The notes under the pieces are model-generated. The model saw nothing but the letters and a program-made list of their open reading frames with translations. It ran no database searches and was not told the origin of the DNA. DNA of 64,000 nt from Oscillospiraceae bacterium (GTDB lineage Bacteria > Bacillota > Clostridia > Oscillospirales > CAG-272): positions 5,872-69,871 of the forward strand of contig SVSM01000002.1 in NCBI GenBank assembly GCA_015064295.1, given 5' to 3'. A program made the translations under genes and the position numbers. Below, piece by piece: positions 1-9,494 of the stretch. Positions within the stretch are counted from its first letter, which is position 1. Each line of letters begins with the position of its first letter.

Positions 1-3000
1 AAAGCGTCTAAAACCAGTAGCAAAAACATACCCAGCCAAACGCTTTCACCGTCTCCTTCCCCAACCCGATTCATGCCGTCGTTCCAGTCTCCTCCCCCCA
101 TCAGGGGCAGGCCGTGGCGGCCAAAGACGAGGGAGACCTCAATGGCGCGGGCGCAGTGGGAGTAGAGGGATTCCCGATAGCGGCCTTTCACCGCCGTTTC
201 GTAGCGGTCGTGCTCCTTGTCGGACAGAGGCGGAGAGCTGAGGTAGGGGAGCTTGATGTCAAGGATCCCGTCGTCACCGGTTGCCGCAAGGTACTCGGCC
301 ACCGCATAGGGCAGCCAGAGGCGGTCGTCGGTGTAGCGGCTCCGCACGCCACGGGAAACGCCGCGAAGGATATGCCACCAGTGCATCACGTCCCCCTCCT
401 CGTATTGATGACAAGCGGCGCGCAGGATGTGGACCTTGGCCGTTTGCGGTGAGAACCGCAGAAGGGCAAGGCAGTCCTGAAGCTGGTCACGGAAGCCGTA
501 GGCGCCTCCCGACTGATAGAAGCCGGTTCGCCCAAGGTAGCGGCAGACCAAGGCCTGGCGGGGCAGGTAATCGTTTACCATGACGGCCAGATGCCGGTCG
601 GGAAGGGTTACCGTCAGGTTAGGGAGGTGAGCGTTAAGATGGCGTTCGTAGGCATCGGCACAGGCCGTAAAGGCCTCTTTGGTCGCATATCGCTTGCGGA
701 TATGGGCAAGAGTCGCCTCTCCTCCTGTGGGATAGGCACCCAGAAGGAAGGCCGTCATGCCGTCAAAGTCCCGCCGCACCAAAAATCCCACGTCATAGCC
801 GTCGTGTGATACGATGCGGGGAAAGAATTTGGTGGTATCCCCCTCGGTGACCGCCTCCACGGGACGGCTGCGGGCGATGCGTTCCCCCATCACGGGGGTA
901 ATTTGATAGGTGAGGTCATCGGAACGGCCTCCCTCAGGTAGCGAAACGGTGATCACCTTGCAGGGGAGGCGAGGGTCTACGGTAGCGGTCACGGAGTAAG
1001 CCTTCCCATTTACCGTACCGTACCATCGAGCCCCACCGTGACCGAAGACCACGCGAGAGGAGGCGGCACACAGGTCGTAGCATCCCCCTTCGGTTTGGTA
1101 TAGCAGCCGCTCACCGTCAAAGTCCAGGAGATTGTCCCCGCGGAAGGGGGTGATCCGCCGTTCGTGGCAGTTTCCGATCCAGGTGTAGCCAAGGGAATTT
1201 TGCGTGACGAGCGTCCCGAAATATCCGGTGGCGTAAACGTAGGAGAGGGGAGATCGCTCAACACCCTTGACAATCTCAAAGCCCCGTTTTCGGAAGACGC
1301 CCCCAAAGACAGCAGGGTCATCTCCCGCATCGGGAGATTGAGGGAGGGCCTCCGGCGCGGTGATGATGGGGGAGACAGCGGGAGAGGGAAGAATGGCCTC
1401 ACGGAGAAGGGCGTCAGGCGTAAAGTCGGCATCCAGCACGGCCGTAAGGCAAGAGACAGCGGTAAGAAGCTCCCGCTCCTCCATACCGTCAAGGGGATAG
1501 ATCCCCCCGGTGTGGTGGAGCAGATAGCCCACGGCGCAGACCTCTGCCGCTTCGGTAATGGCGGCAAGGGAGGGATTCCGATAGTCACCGCAGCTCTTGT
1601 AGAGGATGACCAGATCCAAGCGAATGCCCGAGAGAGCCAAATACTTGTGAGCCGCCATAAAGTCGGTCAGGTGCCGCAGGGCAGGAGAGCCCTCCTTGGG
1701 AGGCTCGGGAAGAATCAGACACACGATAGGAAGGTCTCCCGAGATCCCGTGGCGCCACAGATCCCCGATGGAAAGGGAGCGTCTCAAGACGCAGGGCCTT
1801 GGGGGCTGATGCAGACAGGTCAGCATCAGCTCGGCGAGCTTGGCAAAGGAGGGCCGTCCCCCGCACCCCGCCAGCTTCTCCACCACCGTCCGAGACAGGC
1901 GGGAGGCGGCGTACTTGGCGGCGTTTTGCTTGCGGGAGGCTTTCAGCTCAAGGCGTGCCGCCTTCAGGGCAGTCAGGGCATCCTCCTGCCCCTTACCGAC
2001 GCTGAGGAGCAGATTTCCTACGTAGCGTCCCTTGGCATGGGATTCCTTTTTGATGGCGCAGAAGGGATTGATGAGGGTGCCGCTTTTGCAGGAGAAGCCA
2101 GCGTCAAGGAGGGCTTCCACGTCGCCGTCTTGGTAGAGCAGTCCCAGAACGTCCCGTCTGGTCTCAAAGACCTCGTGACCGCCGTAGCTTTCAAGGGAGA
2201 CGGCAAGACAGAGGTCAGGCCGTTTTCCATCCTTTTGGCGGCGGGTGTAGAGAATGGCTGACTCATCGTTCAGATAGGTGGCCGTTACGTGAAGATCGGC
2301 GTAGGCAGGGTGTGCATCCCGATCCCTTGCGGTGGTAAGAGAGGGCTCAAAGGTCAAAAGAGGGCAAATGGAGCGGAAGTGCCCCTCCACCTCCAAGGTC
2401 ATCACGAAGGAGCGACAGCGTCCCAAGACGGACAGCGACAGTTCAGCCATCAGCTTGGGGGTATCCTTACGCCAGACCAGACGGTTTCCCGTGACGCCGC
2501 GGGAACGGCTTCCCGACAGCATATCGTACCGAACACCGTCGGCGGCAAAGAGGAAACGGGGACGGTGGGCGCGACCGAAGGTAAAGGGATCGACGGCGAC
2601 GTCCACACCCATGGCCGAAAGCTTCAGAAGGTCGTCCTTGGCCACCGCCGCAAGGCCGTTTTCGGCGATCATGGCGGCGTGTGGATGGGAGGGCGGCGCC
2701 TCCGATTCCCGTAGCCATTTGGACACCTGGCCCCTGGTAAGGGGGTGGGCCTGAGGGGCTCGCAGACGGGCGTTTTGAGGGGAGAGCGGCGCGTGAATGG
2801 GAATCTTTTCCTCAAGCAGCTCGGCCGAGGAGGCGGTGTAGGGATCGGCCATAAAATCCCGAACGAAGATACCGTCAAAGCAGGCGTTGGCACAGGAGAG
2901 CAGGCTCATGCCCATGTGATGGGACATATAGGAGCGAATGACGGCGTGTCCGTTGCCCACCCGGGAGGGGGTAAAATCGATGGCCTCGTAGAAGCCGTAG

Positions 3001-6000
3001 GGGCCGTACATGTCCAGTTTTTTCAGCTGCTCCAGGTTGTCCAGGACCTCACCCGGGCAGATCTTCAGACAAAGAAAGGAGGCGTAGGGTGCGATGACGT
3101 TATCCCGATGAAGCCCACGCTTCAAGCCCAAAGAAGGGGTGCCCACCGCCTTGTACTGATAGTTCATGTCGGCGTCGAAGCGGTAATATCCGCACTCGGA
3201 GCGGCCCCAAACGCCGTGTGTGGCGGCGATCCGTTGCTCACGGACGGCAAAGGAGAGGGCCTCGTAGCTTAACGATCCGAATCGGGTGGGGAGGAGCAGG
3301 GCGGGCATGAGATATTCAAACATGGTTCCCGTCCAGGAGGCAAGCCCGAGGTAGCCCTCCCGCCCGATGAGAATGCGGCCCAGGCGGTTCCAATGGTCCC
3401 GAGGCACCTGTCCCGTAGCAATGGCAAAGTAGGAGGTGGTGCGAGCCTCACTCATAAAGAGGTCGTAGCAGCCCTCACCGGGATGGTCCTCCGCCGTGTT
3501 CAGGCCAATGCGGAAAAGCTTTTTTCTCTCATCGTAAAGGAGGGAAAAATCCGCTCCGTCGATGAGGGACCGCACCTGCTTTTGCAGATCGGCAAACCGC
3601 TGAGTACCGTCGTCAAGACGGGAAAGTCCCCGGGAGAGTGTCACAAGACAGGTCACAAAGTTACCGGAATCGACGGTGGAAACGTAGGGCGCCCCCAGAA
3701 TGGACAGGTCCTCGGTGCTGTACCAGTTGTAGAGATGCCCGTTCCATTTTTGCAGACGGTCCACGGTGGTGAGCGTTTTTTTCAGCCGTCCCAGCAGCTC
3801 GTTCTTAGAGAGGAAGCCAAAGGCCTCGGCCGCCATACAAGAAAGGAGGTATAGGCCGATGTTGGTGGGAGAGGTGCGATGGGCGGTCACCTCGGTGGGG
3901 GAGAGCTGAATATTATCGGGTGGAAGGTCGTTGTCCTCTTGGGACACGTGATCGGCAAAGAAGCGCCATTGATCCCTGGCGTAAGCCTGAATGGTCGCCT
4001 TATCCTCTTTTCGGATCTTGGGTGCAGGAGAGAAGGGCTTGCCGATCCGATAGGCAAGAAAGGGAAAGCAAAGCCATAAAAGCCCTAACCCCCGTCCCGG
4101 CAGATCGGGATAAAACACTACGAGCGCCAGACCGAAGAGGAGGGAAGGAAGCATACGGTAGAGATAGAGGGATAAGCCCTTCATACCCTGCTCCGCCTCG
4201 GAGGCCGTCTTCCATTCCAGCATCCTCTTGCGGGAGAAAAGCATCCGATACCCGGCGCGGAGCACGGCGTCGGCGTTCATGACTGCGCTTTGCAAAAGTG
4301 AGGAAAGGGAATAGAGGAGGTTACCGAGGGCGTGCAGCATCCCCGGCAAAACAAAGGAGAAGAACCGCCGTCCGCTGAAGCGGATCAGACGGATCACGGA
4401 AAGGAGGCAGGGGAGCACAAGATAGGCCAAGGCAAGGTGGAGAGACGGCTCGGCTACCGACTCGGGGGCAAAGAGACAGAGAAGGATGGCGAGAGCCGAT
4501 GAAACCGGCACCAGGGCGCGTCTTACGTTATCGTAGATCTTAAATTTGGAGAGCCGCGAGATGGGATTACGGTAGAGAGCCCCCTGACTGTCCTGCACGT
4601 AGCGTCCCGTGAAGGCTAGGGCCTGGACGTCGCCGCGGATCCATCGATGGGATCGGTCAAGACAGGTAAGCGGGCTTCCCGGCAGATCGTCGGTGAGAGG
4701 GAGATCGGTCAGGGCACCGGCCCGCAGGCGGCTTCCCTCCAGAAGGTCGTGGCTGAGGACGGCGCCGTCGGGGAATTGGCCGTCGATGAGGGCAGAGAAG
4801 GCGTCCACGTCAAAGATGCCCTTTCCGCAGAAGATTCCCTCATCAAAGAGGGTCTGATAGGTCTCGTAGGCAGCGGAGGCATAGATGTCGGTGCCGCCGT
4901 TGCCGGCCGACAGGACGGCAAAGGGGGTCCTCTCGGTAGAGGCAAGGGACGCCTCCATGCGGGGCTGCAGAATGGCGTGACCCTTCACCACGATGCCGTT
5001 TTCAAGGATGGGCCGATTGGCGGGGTGGAGCATGGCTCCCACCATATCCCGTACCGCCCCGCGGTAGAGACGGGTGTCGGAGTCCAGGGTGATGACGTAG
5101 CGAATGGTGTCGGGGATGTCCCCGCCGCAGAAGGAGACGATGGTCGTCTCACCGCCCCGTAGGAAGCGAGTCAGCTCAATGACCGCGCCACGCTTGCGCT
5201 CCCATCCCATGTATTTTCCTTCGGTGGGGGCAAAGCGGCGCCGACGGACGAAGAGGTGAAGGGAACAGCCGTAGGCTTGGTTGAGAGCATCCATGGCCTC
5301 CCGTATCTGAGAAATGGCGGTCTCATCCCCTGCCGTTTCGGCCGTATCAGCCTCCTTCAGGTCGCAAAGAAGGCCGAAATGAGCATGGGGATCCCGATTG
5401 GCAAAGTAGCAGTTTTTCAGCTTTTCCACCAGGGCAAGGTCGTCCTTCCGACCCGTTAAGAGGGCGGTAATGACCGTAAGGGTGGCGGCGTGGGGAGGAA
5501 GCGCATCCAGCTTTTTTCGCGGAATGGGGCGGACCCTTACCAAATAGGAGAACAGCAGATCTCCCACCTGCTTGGCGGCCTCCGACAGAGGGAGAAGCAA
5601 AAAGAGCCAAATGGCCGGAAAGCGGCAAAGGGCCAGCGCCCCTGCGGAAAAAAGCAGAAACAGCATGGCCAATATCGGGAAATAGAATCGTGACGCTGGA
5701 CGCTTTTCCTGACCGAGCAGCTCTCCTGCCGAAAGGATGCCTGCCGCTTCTGCCTCGGTAATGGCAAAGCGCTTGGCGTAGGAGCTGACGCGACGACGAC
5801 AGAGATCGCGGGTCACCTCGTCGCAGCCGGCAAAGTGATCGTTTGCCGATAAGATCCGTTCGGCCTCCGACAGACGGAGGAAGAGAAGGTCGATTTCGAT
5901 GAAATGGAGGTTTTTCAGGTACTCCACCGTGTCGCAAAGGGCCTCGTCGGAACGGACGGGGAGCGCCAGCTCCTTAACGGCCCAGACCGTGGCGTAATCG

Positions 6001-6284
6001 TAAAACAACGAAAGCTCACGGTAGGAATAGCTTCCTCCCATGGCCTCAGCGATGGCGTCGACGTCGGTGAGACGCCGGGGAGACACGGCCCGTCCCACGG
6101 CTTCAAAAAAAGTGGGGAAACGGATCCGCCCGCCTATGGCACGACCGGCCTTGTCGGTGTAACCGAGAAGGAGGGAGAAGAGATCGGAATCGGCATAATA
6201 TTTTTCCAGCTTTGCCACGTTTGCTTTGAGATCGAATTTTCGGTAATCGGTCATACTATCGCCCTTGTGAAAAGATTTTTCCAT
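1..6284 (-). CDS. Giant cyclic beta-1,2-glucan synthase-like protein (N-terminal TM region, GT84 glycosyltransferase, C-terminal GH94 phosphorylase-type domain). The 3' end lies outside the window, and more than 2090 codons are visible.
   Basis: Not in the ORF track because there is no stop codon in the window. None of the listed minus-strand ORFs between 1 and 6284 is in the frame whose codon-start coordinates are 2 mod 3, which fits one uninterrupted frame. My translation from ATG 6284 (alternative ATG 6254, preceded by AAGGG) gives MEKSFHKGDSMTDYRKFDL... It then shows GT84-like motifs: ITLDSDT, SHDLLEG, RSHRWIRGD. Near 380-410 it shows GH94-like EEGDVMHWWH, then DDRLWLPY and GGGDWNDGMN. 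Confidence 0.8.
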   Translation of the reverse strand, partial: MEKSFHKGDSMTDYRKFDLKANVAKLEKYYADSDLFSLLLGYTDKAGRAIGGRIRFPTFFEAVGRAVSPRRLTDVDAIAEAMGGSYSYRELSLFYDYATVWAVKELALPVRSDEALCDTVEYLKNLHFIEIDLLFLRLSEAERILSANDHFAGCDEVTRDLCRRRVSSYAKRFAITEAEAAGILSAGELLGQEKRPASRFYFPILAMLFLLFSAGALALCRFPAIWLFLLLPLSEAAKQVGDLLFSYLVRVRPIPRKKLDALPPHAATLTVITALLTGRKDDLALVEKLKNCYFANRDPHAHFGLLCDLKEADTAETAGDETAISQIREAMDALNQAYGCSLHLFVRRRRFAPTEGKYMGWERKRGAVIELTRFLRGGETTIVSFCGGDIPDTIRYVITLDSDTRLYRGAVRDMVGAMLHPANRPILENGIVVKGHAILQPRMEASLASTERTPFAVLSAGNGGTDIYASAAYETYQTLFDEGIFCGKGIFDVDAFSALIDGQFPDGAVLSHDLLEGSRLRAGALTDLPLTDDLPGSPLTCLDRSHRWIRGDVQALAFTGRYVQDSQGALYRNPISRLSKFKIYDNVRRALVPVSSALAILLCLFAPESVAEPSLHLALAYLVLPCLLSVIRLIRFSGRRFFSFVLPGMLHALGNLLYSLSSLLQSAVMNADAVLRAGYRMLFSRKRMLEWKTASEAEQGMKGLSLYLYRMLPSLLFGLALVVFYPDLPGRGLGLLWLCFPFLAYRIGKPFSPAPKIRKEDKATIQAYARDQWRFFADHVSQEDNDLPPDNIQLSPTEVTAHRTSPTNIGLYLLSCMAAEAFGFLSKNELLGRLKKTLTTVDRLQKWNGHLYNWYSTEDLSILGAPYVSTVDSGNFVTCLVTLSRGLSRLDDGTQRFADLQKQVRSLIDGADFSLLYDERKKLFRIGLNTAEDHPGEGCYDLFMSEARTTSYFAIATGQVPRDHWNRLGRILIGREGYLGLASWTGTMFEYLMPALLLPTRFGSLSYEALSFAVREQRIAATHGVWGRSECGYYRFDADMNYQYKAVGTPSLGLKRGLHRDNVIAPYASFLCLKICPGEVLDNLEQLKKLDMYGPYGFYEAIDFTPSRVGNGHAVIRSYMSHHMGMSLLSCANACFDGIFVRDFMADPYTASSAELLEEKIPIHAPLSPQNARLRAPQAHPLTRGQVSKWLRESEAPPSHPHAAMIAENGLAAVAKDDLLKLSAMGVDVAVDPFTFGRAHRPRFLFAADGVRYDMLSGSRSRGVTGNRLVWRKDTPKLMAELSLSVLGRCRSFVMTLEVEGHFRSICPLLTFEPSLTTARDRDAHPAYADLHVTATYLNDESAILYTRRQKDGKRPDLCLAVSLESYGGHEVFETRRDVLGLLYQDGDVEALLDAGFSCKSGTLINPFCAIKKESHAKGRYVGNLLLSVGKGQEDALTALKAARLELKASRKQNAAKYAASRLSRTVVEKLAGCGGRPSFAKLAELMLTCLHQPPRPCVLRRSLSIGDLWRHGISGDLPIVCLILPEPPKEGSPALRHLTDFMAAHKYLALSGIRLDLVILYKSCGDYRNPSLAAITEAAEVCAVGYLLHHTGGIYPLDGMEERELLTAVSCLTAVLDADFTPDALLREAILPSPAVSPIITAPEALPQSPDAGDDPAVFGGVFRKRGFEIVKGVERSPLSYVYATGYFGTLVTQNSLGYTWIGNCHERRITPFRGDNLLDFDGERLLYQTEGGCYDLCAASSRVVFGHGGARWYGTVNGKAYSVTATVDPRLPCKVITVSLPEGGRSDDLTYQITPVMGERIARSRPVEAVTEGDTTKFFPRIVSHDGYDVGFLVRRDFDGMTAFLLGAYPTGGEATLAHIRKRYATKEAFTACADAYERHLNAHLPNLTVTLPDRHLAVMVNDYLPRQALVCRYLGRTGFYQSGGAYGFRDQLQDCLALLRFSPQTAKVHILRAACHQYEEGDVMHWWHILRGVSRGVRSRYTDDRLWLPYAVAEYLAATGDDGILDIKLPYLSSPPLSDKEHDRYETAVKGRYRESLYSHCARAIEVSLVFGRHGLPLMGGGDWNDGMNRVGEGDGESVWLGMFLLLVLDA

Positions 6285-6338
6285 AGTATCGGCGTTTTTT
6301 CGTTGATTATGTAACGGAAGGCAAAACCGATGGAAAAA

Positions 6339-6365
6339 GCCGCCATCGGACGAACCGATGGCGGC
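6339..6365 (-). terminator. Rho-independent terminator downstream of the Rrf2 gene
   Basis: 11-bp perfect stem GCCGCCATCGG / CCGATGGCGGC with a 5-nt loop. On the minus strand a TTTTT run follows. Confidence 0.6.
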
Positions 6366-6424
6366 GTGAGGAGTTCAAATAAGCAGGATGGAAAAGAGAG
6401 AGTATACCGACGGTATGGGGCTTG

Positions 6425-6829
6425 TTATAGGGAATCCGCCACCGTCACGCTGTCCAGCTTGTCAGCGATGAGCATATTGATCTCGTCGAAAACACGGTTA
6501 AAGTAACAAACGCATCCCCCCTGCTCCCCGTCGTGACGGCAGACGAAATCCTCCGACAGACAGCGGGAGATGACCAGAGGACCCTCCACGATCTCCCAAA
6601 TGGTACGGAGGGTGATGGTATCGGCGGGACGGGACAGCTCGTAGCCACCGTTTGCCCCCTTGTAGGAGGTAACGACACCGCCCCCTACCAGCTTGCCGAG
6701 AATCTTCAAGGTAAAACGCTGGGGGACCTGGGTCAGCTCCGAGACGGTACGGGCATCGGTTACGGCGTTTCGCTTGGCAAGGCATTGCATGATGCGAAAG
6801 GCGTAATCGGTTTCCATGTTGATTTTCAT
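6425..6829 (-). CDS. Rrf2 family transcriptional regulator
   Basis: MKINMETDYAFRIMQCLAK...YKGANGGYELSRPADTITL is a typical Rrf2 winged helix, with C-terminal Cys residues (CRHDGEQGGCVC). I chose the internal ATG at 6829 because AAAGGAAAG lies upstream. The longer ORF N-terminus is not Rrf2-like. Confidence 0.85.
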   Translation of the reverse strand: MKINMETDYAFRIMQCLAKRNAVTDARTVSELTQVPQRFTLKILGKLVGGGVVTSYKGANGGYELSRPADTITLRTIWEIVEGPLVISRCLSEDFVCRHDGEQGGCVCYFNRVFDEINMLIADKLDSVTVADSL

Positions 6830-6947
6830 GTTCTTTCCTTTTTTGGCATATACTGAAGGGCAGCTGCCGATGTATTCTACTATAATGATTATACGCCCGC
6901 GGGGGCGTTTTGTCAAGCCACAATCCAAAGCGAGGAGGACGTCCGCC

Positions 6948-7424
6948 ATGAAAATCGAAACAGTCCGTATAAGCGCACATAACACCCCCGACGAACCGAG
7001 ACGGTGGTCGGTGGCCTTATGCCTTCCCCGCTTTTCCGAGGACGTTCCGGGGTACGAGGCGCTGACGGATTTTTACGAACGACTCGCCGAGGCGGTAACC
7101 GAACGGGCAAAAGCCCTTTCCTGTACCGTTTTCTCCCACGTAAAGCTTGCCTGCGCGGAGGACAGCTTCTATTCGTTGGTGCTCGACTTTCTGTTTTTCC
7201 GCGGCAGGGATATGACAGACTGCCAACGCCTGACCGATACCCGTCGATGGGACGGGATCCTGTTGCCGCCGCCCCGACAGGTCAAGCGGCAAATTCCGCC
7301 AAGGGGCGGCTGGTACTTTGACGGGGAGAATTACGTGCTTTTTGACAACACCTTCACCCCCGAGCAGGGCGTGAGGGCAAGACGGTCCTCGTATGGCATC
7401 TTCCTTCCGGAAACGGTGTTTTAG
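6948..7424 (+). CDS. Hypothetical protein
   Basis: ORF with a GAGGAGG Shine-Dalgarno 6 nt before ATG 6948 (MKIETVRISAHN...). I recognise no family. Confidence 0.5.
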   Translation: MKIETVRISAHNTPDEPRRWSVALCLPRFSEDVPGYEALTDFYERLAEAVTERAKALSCTVFSHVKLACAEDSFYSLVLDFLFFRGRDMTDCQRLTDTRRWDGILLPPPRQVKRQIPPRGGWYFDGENYVLFDNTFTPEQGVRARRSSYGIFLPETVF

Positions 7425-8137
7425 CCGTTTTTCAGCCGAAATCGGTCAAGCCCCAAGGCAACAAGGCAGAGAAGCAGACCGACAGGCGTCAGACGAAAGA
7501 CCGTGTCCCACAGGATCCCCAGAATGGGAAAAAGCGGGAAAATCCCTACGGCGACAGCGGAAAAAGCACCCGCAAGCCGACAGCGCCTTGCATAATACGT
7601 CCATAACGGCGCAACCCAGACAAGGGGCAGCGCCACCGTCCGACAGAGAAGCATCCTCGCAAGCTCCGAAGAAAAGACCGCCCCATAGGAGGCCCAAACG
7701 GCAAGAAGGAGAAACGTGCTCCCCGCCAAGGCGGCAAGCACCCGATGAGAGCGGCGTACCGTTTCCGACTTTGGTAAATAGGAAAGAAGTAAATAGGGAA
7801 GAACGGTTCCGGTAACAAGGGGGAACACGTATCCCCGTAAGACGAAGGGAAATACCGTTCTCAAGGGCAGAACGAAAAGCGCGGAAAGGGTACCAAGGAC
7901 AAGCAGAAGGGCCTGCTTTCCCGTCAGCGATTTGTCGGTACCGGCGGCAAGAAGCCGCGCAAGACAAAGTCCCGCCAGCATCACCGACAGTGTGGTGACG
8001 AGACGTCCTTCCTGAAAGCCGCTTCCCCAAAAGGAGACGGCGGGATAGGTTAGAATCCCCACCGCGGCGGAGGTCAAAAGGATAACGAGAAGGAAAATAT
8101 TTCCGACTCGTGTCAAAATTTTCCGATAAGCCTCCAT
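7421..8137 (-). CDS. Hypothetical polytopic membrane protein
   Basis: Multiple hydrophobic segments. ATG 8137 (MEAYRKILTRVGNIFLLVILL...) is preceded by AAAGGAAAGGAAG. I recognise no family. Confidence 0.55.
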   Translation of the reverse strand: MEAYRKILTRVGNIFLLVILLTSAAVGILTYPAVSFWGSGFQEGRLVTTLSVMLAGLCLARLLAAGTDKSLTGKQALLLVLGTLSALFVLPLRTVFPFVLRGYVFPLVTGTVLPYLLLSYLPKSETVRRSHRVLAALAGSTFLLLAVWASYGAVFSSELARMLLCRTVALPLVWVAPLWTYYARRCRLAGAFSAVAVGIFPLFPILGILWDTVFRLTPVGLLLCLVALGLDRFRLKNG

Positions 8138-8247
8138 ATCGATCTTCCTTTCCTTTATTGATATCCATTTTACCGCATCGTATCCCATCCTGTCAAGAAA
8201 AAAGAAAAAAACGGAAAAAACGCGACGGGGAAACTAAAAATTGTAAC

Positions 8248-8276
8248 ACATAAATCCCACGCTGCCGTTCACAATA
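8248..8276 (+). promoter_or_regulatory. Candidate forespore sigma-F/sigma-G type promoter of spoIVB
   Basis: ACATA, 17 nt, CACAATA. This resembles the GHATR-17/18-CAHWHTA consensus and sits about 60 nt upstream of the spoIVB start. It is a pattern match only. Confidence 0.35.
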
Positions 8277-8338
8277 ACTTCGGTATCCACGACAAAAAAA
8301 CAAAAATACGGATAACGGAAAAGGGAACGGAAAATGGG

Positions 8339-9421
8339 ATGAAAACGACAAGATTGCAAGGAAAACGGTTAGGAAGGCTTGCACAGCGAGCCCTCATCGT
8401 TATGGTTACACTGCTTTTGAGCCTTCCGCTGGTAACGCGGGCGGCGGAGACGGGAGAAGCCATGTCGGAGCCGGGGCATTTTCGATACGAGGGCGTTGCG
8501 CTGTGCCCCGGCGGCTGTGCCTTCGGGGTAAAATTTTCCACCAAGGGCGTCTTGGTGGTGGGGACGTCGGCGGTGAGGCATGAGGATAAGGAAGTCAACC
8601 CTGCCGAGGAAGCGGGGATCAAAGTAAAGGATATTTTGCTGGCCATCAACGGCCATGAGGTCAACGCTGTGAAGGAGGTCGGCGAGGCGGTTTCGGCAAG
8701 CAACGGACAGCCCCTCACGTTGACGGTAGAGCGTGGCGGTAAAACGAAAACACTGACGCTGACACCGGTGAAGACGCAGGAGGGCTACCGAGCCGGCATG
8801 TGGCTCAGAGACAGCACCGCAGGCATCGGTACCGTCACCTACGTTGACCCGCAAACGGGAGAATTCGGCGGCCTGGGGCACGGCATCTGCGACGTCGACA
8901 CCGGTGCGCTGATGCCGATGAAGCGGGGCTCGGCCATGAAGGTGGAGATCGGCGGCGTGGTCAAGGGACAGGTAGGAAAGCCGGGAGAGATCAAGGGCTA
9001 TTTTCGGCCCGAACGGTGCGGAAACGTGCTGTGTAACACCGTGTGCGGCGTCTTCGGTGTGTTCAGCGAGATTCCGCAGGGAATCTCGGAGGCCATTCCC
9101 GTGGCATCGCGCCATGAGCTGAGCGAAGGAAACGCCGAGATCATCTGCACCCTGGGAGAGGACGGCCCCAAGCACTATACGGTGGCCATCTCCAAGATCG
9201 ATCGGAACGGTACCGATAACAAAAACTTTGTCATCACCGTCACCGACACGGCGCTGAAGGAACGCACCGGCGGCATCGTCCAAGGGATGAGCGGCTCTCC
9301 GATCCTTCAAAACGGCAAGCTGGTTGGCGCTGTAACCCACGTGCTGATCAACGATCCGGCGAAGGGGTATGGGATCTTCATCGAAAATATGTTGGATGCG
9401 GCGGAACTGCCGAATCTATGA
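8339..9421 (+). CDS. spoIVB: SpoIVB peptidase (S55 signalling serine protease of sporulation)
   Basis: Signal/TM segment, then a PDZ-like region (GIKVKDILLAINGHEV), then the S55 core (GIGTVTYVDPQTGEFGGLGHGI ... GIVQGMSGSPILQNGKLVGAVTHV). Confidence 0.92.
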   Translation: MKTTRLQGKRLGRLAQRALIVMVTLLLSLPLVTRAAETGEAMSEPGHFRYEGVALCPGGCAFGVKFSTKGVLVVGTSAVRHEDKEVNPAEEAGIKVKDILLAINGHEVNAVKEVGEAVSASNGQPLTLTVERGGKTKTLTLTPVKTQEGYRAGMWLRDSTAGIGTVTYVDPQTGEFGGLGHGICDVDTGALMPMKRGSAMKVEIGGVVKGQVGKPGEIKGYFRPERCGNVLCNTVCGVFGVFSEIPQGISEAIPVASRHELSEGNAEIICTLGEDGPKHYTVAISKIDRNGTDNKNFVITVTDTALKERTGGIVQGMSGSPILQNGKLVGAVTHVLINDPAKGYGIFIENMLDAAELPNL

Positions 9422-9440
9422 GCGGCTTAGTTTAAGAATA

Positions 9441-9489
9441 AAAGGCAATATCACCCCGACACCAAAATGGGGAATATTGCCTTTTTTTA
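9441..9489. terminator. Hairpin terminator between the convergent spoIVB and RT genes
   Basis: AAAGGCAATAT ... ATATTGCCTTT stem with an inner CCCC/GGGG pairing, followed by TTTTTTT on the plus strand. Confidence 0.6.
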
Positions 9490-9494
9490 TTGCA

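Noticed and set aside
1164-2261. A 365-aa plus-strand ORF and the other short ORFs listed between 1 and 6300.
   Set aside because: All overlap the uninterrupted minus-strand GT84-GH94 frame, and none has recognisable features.
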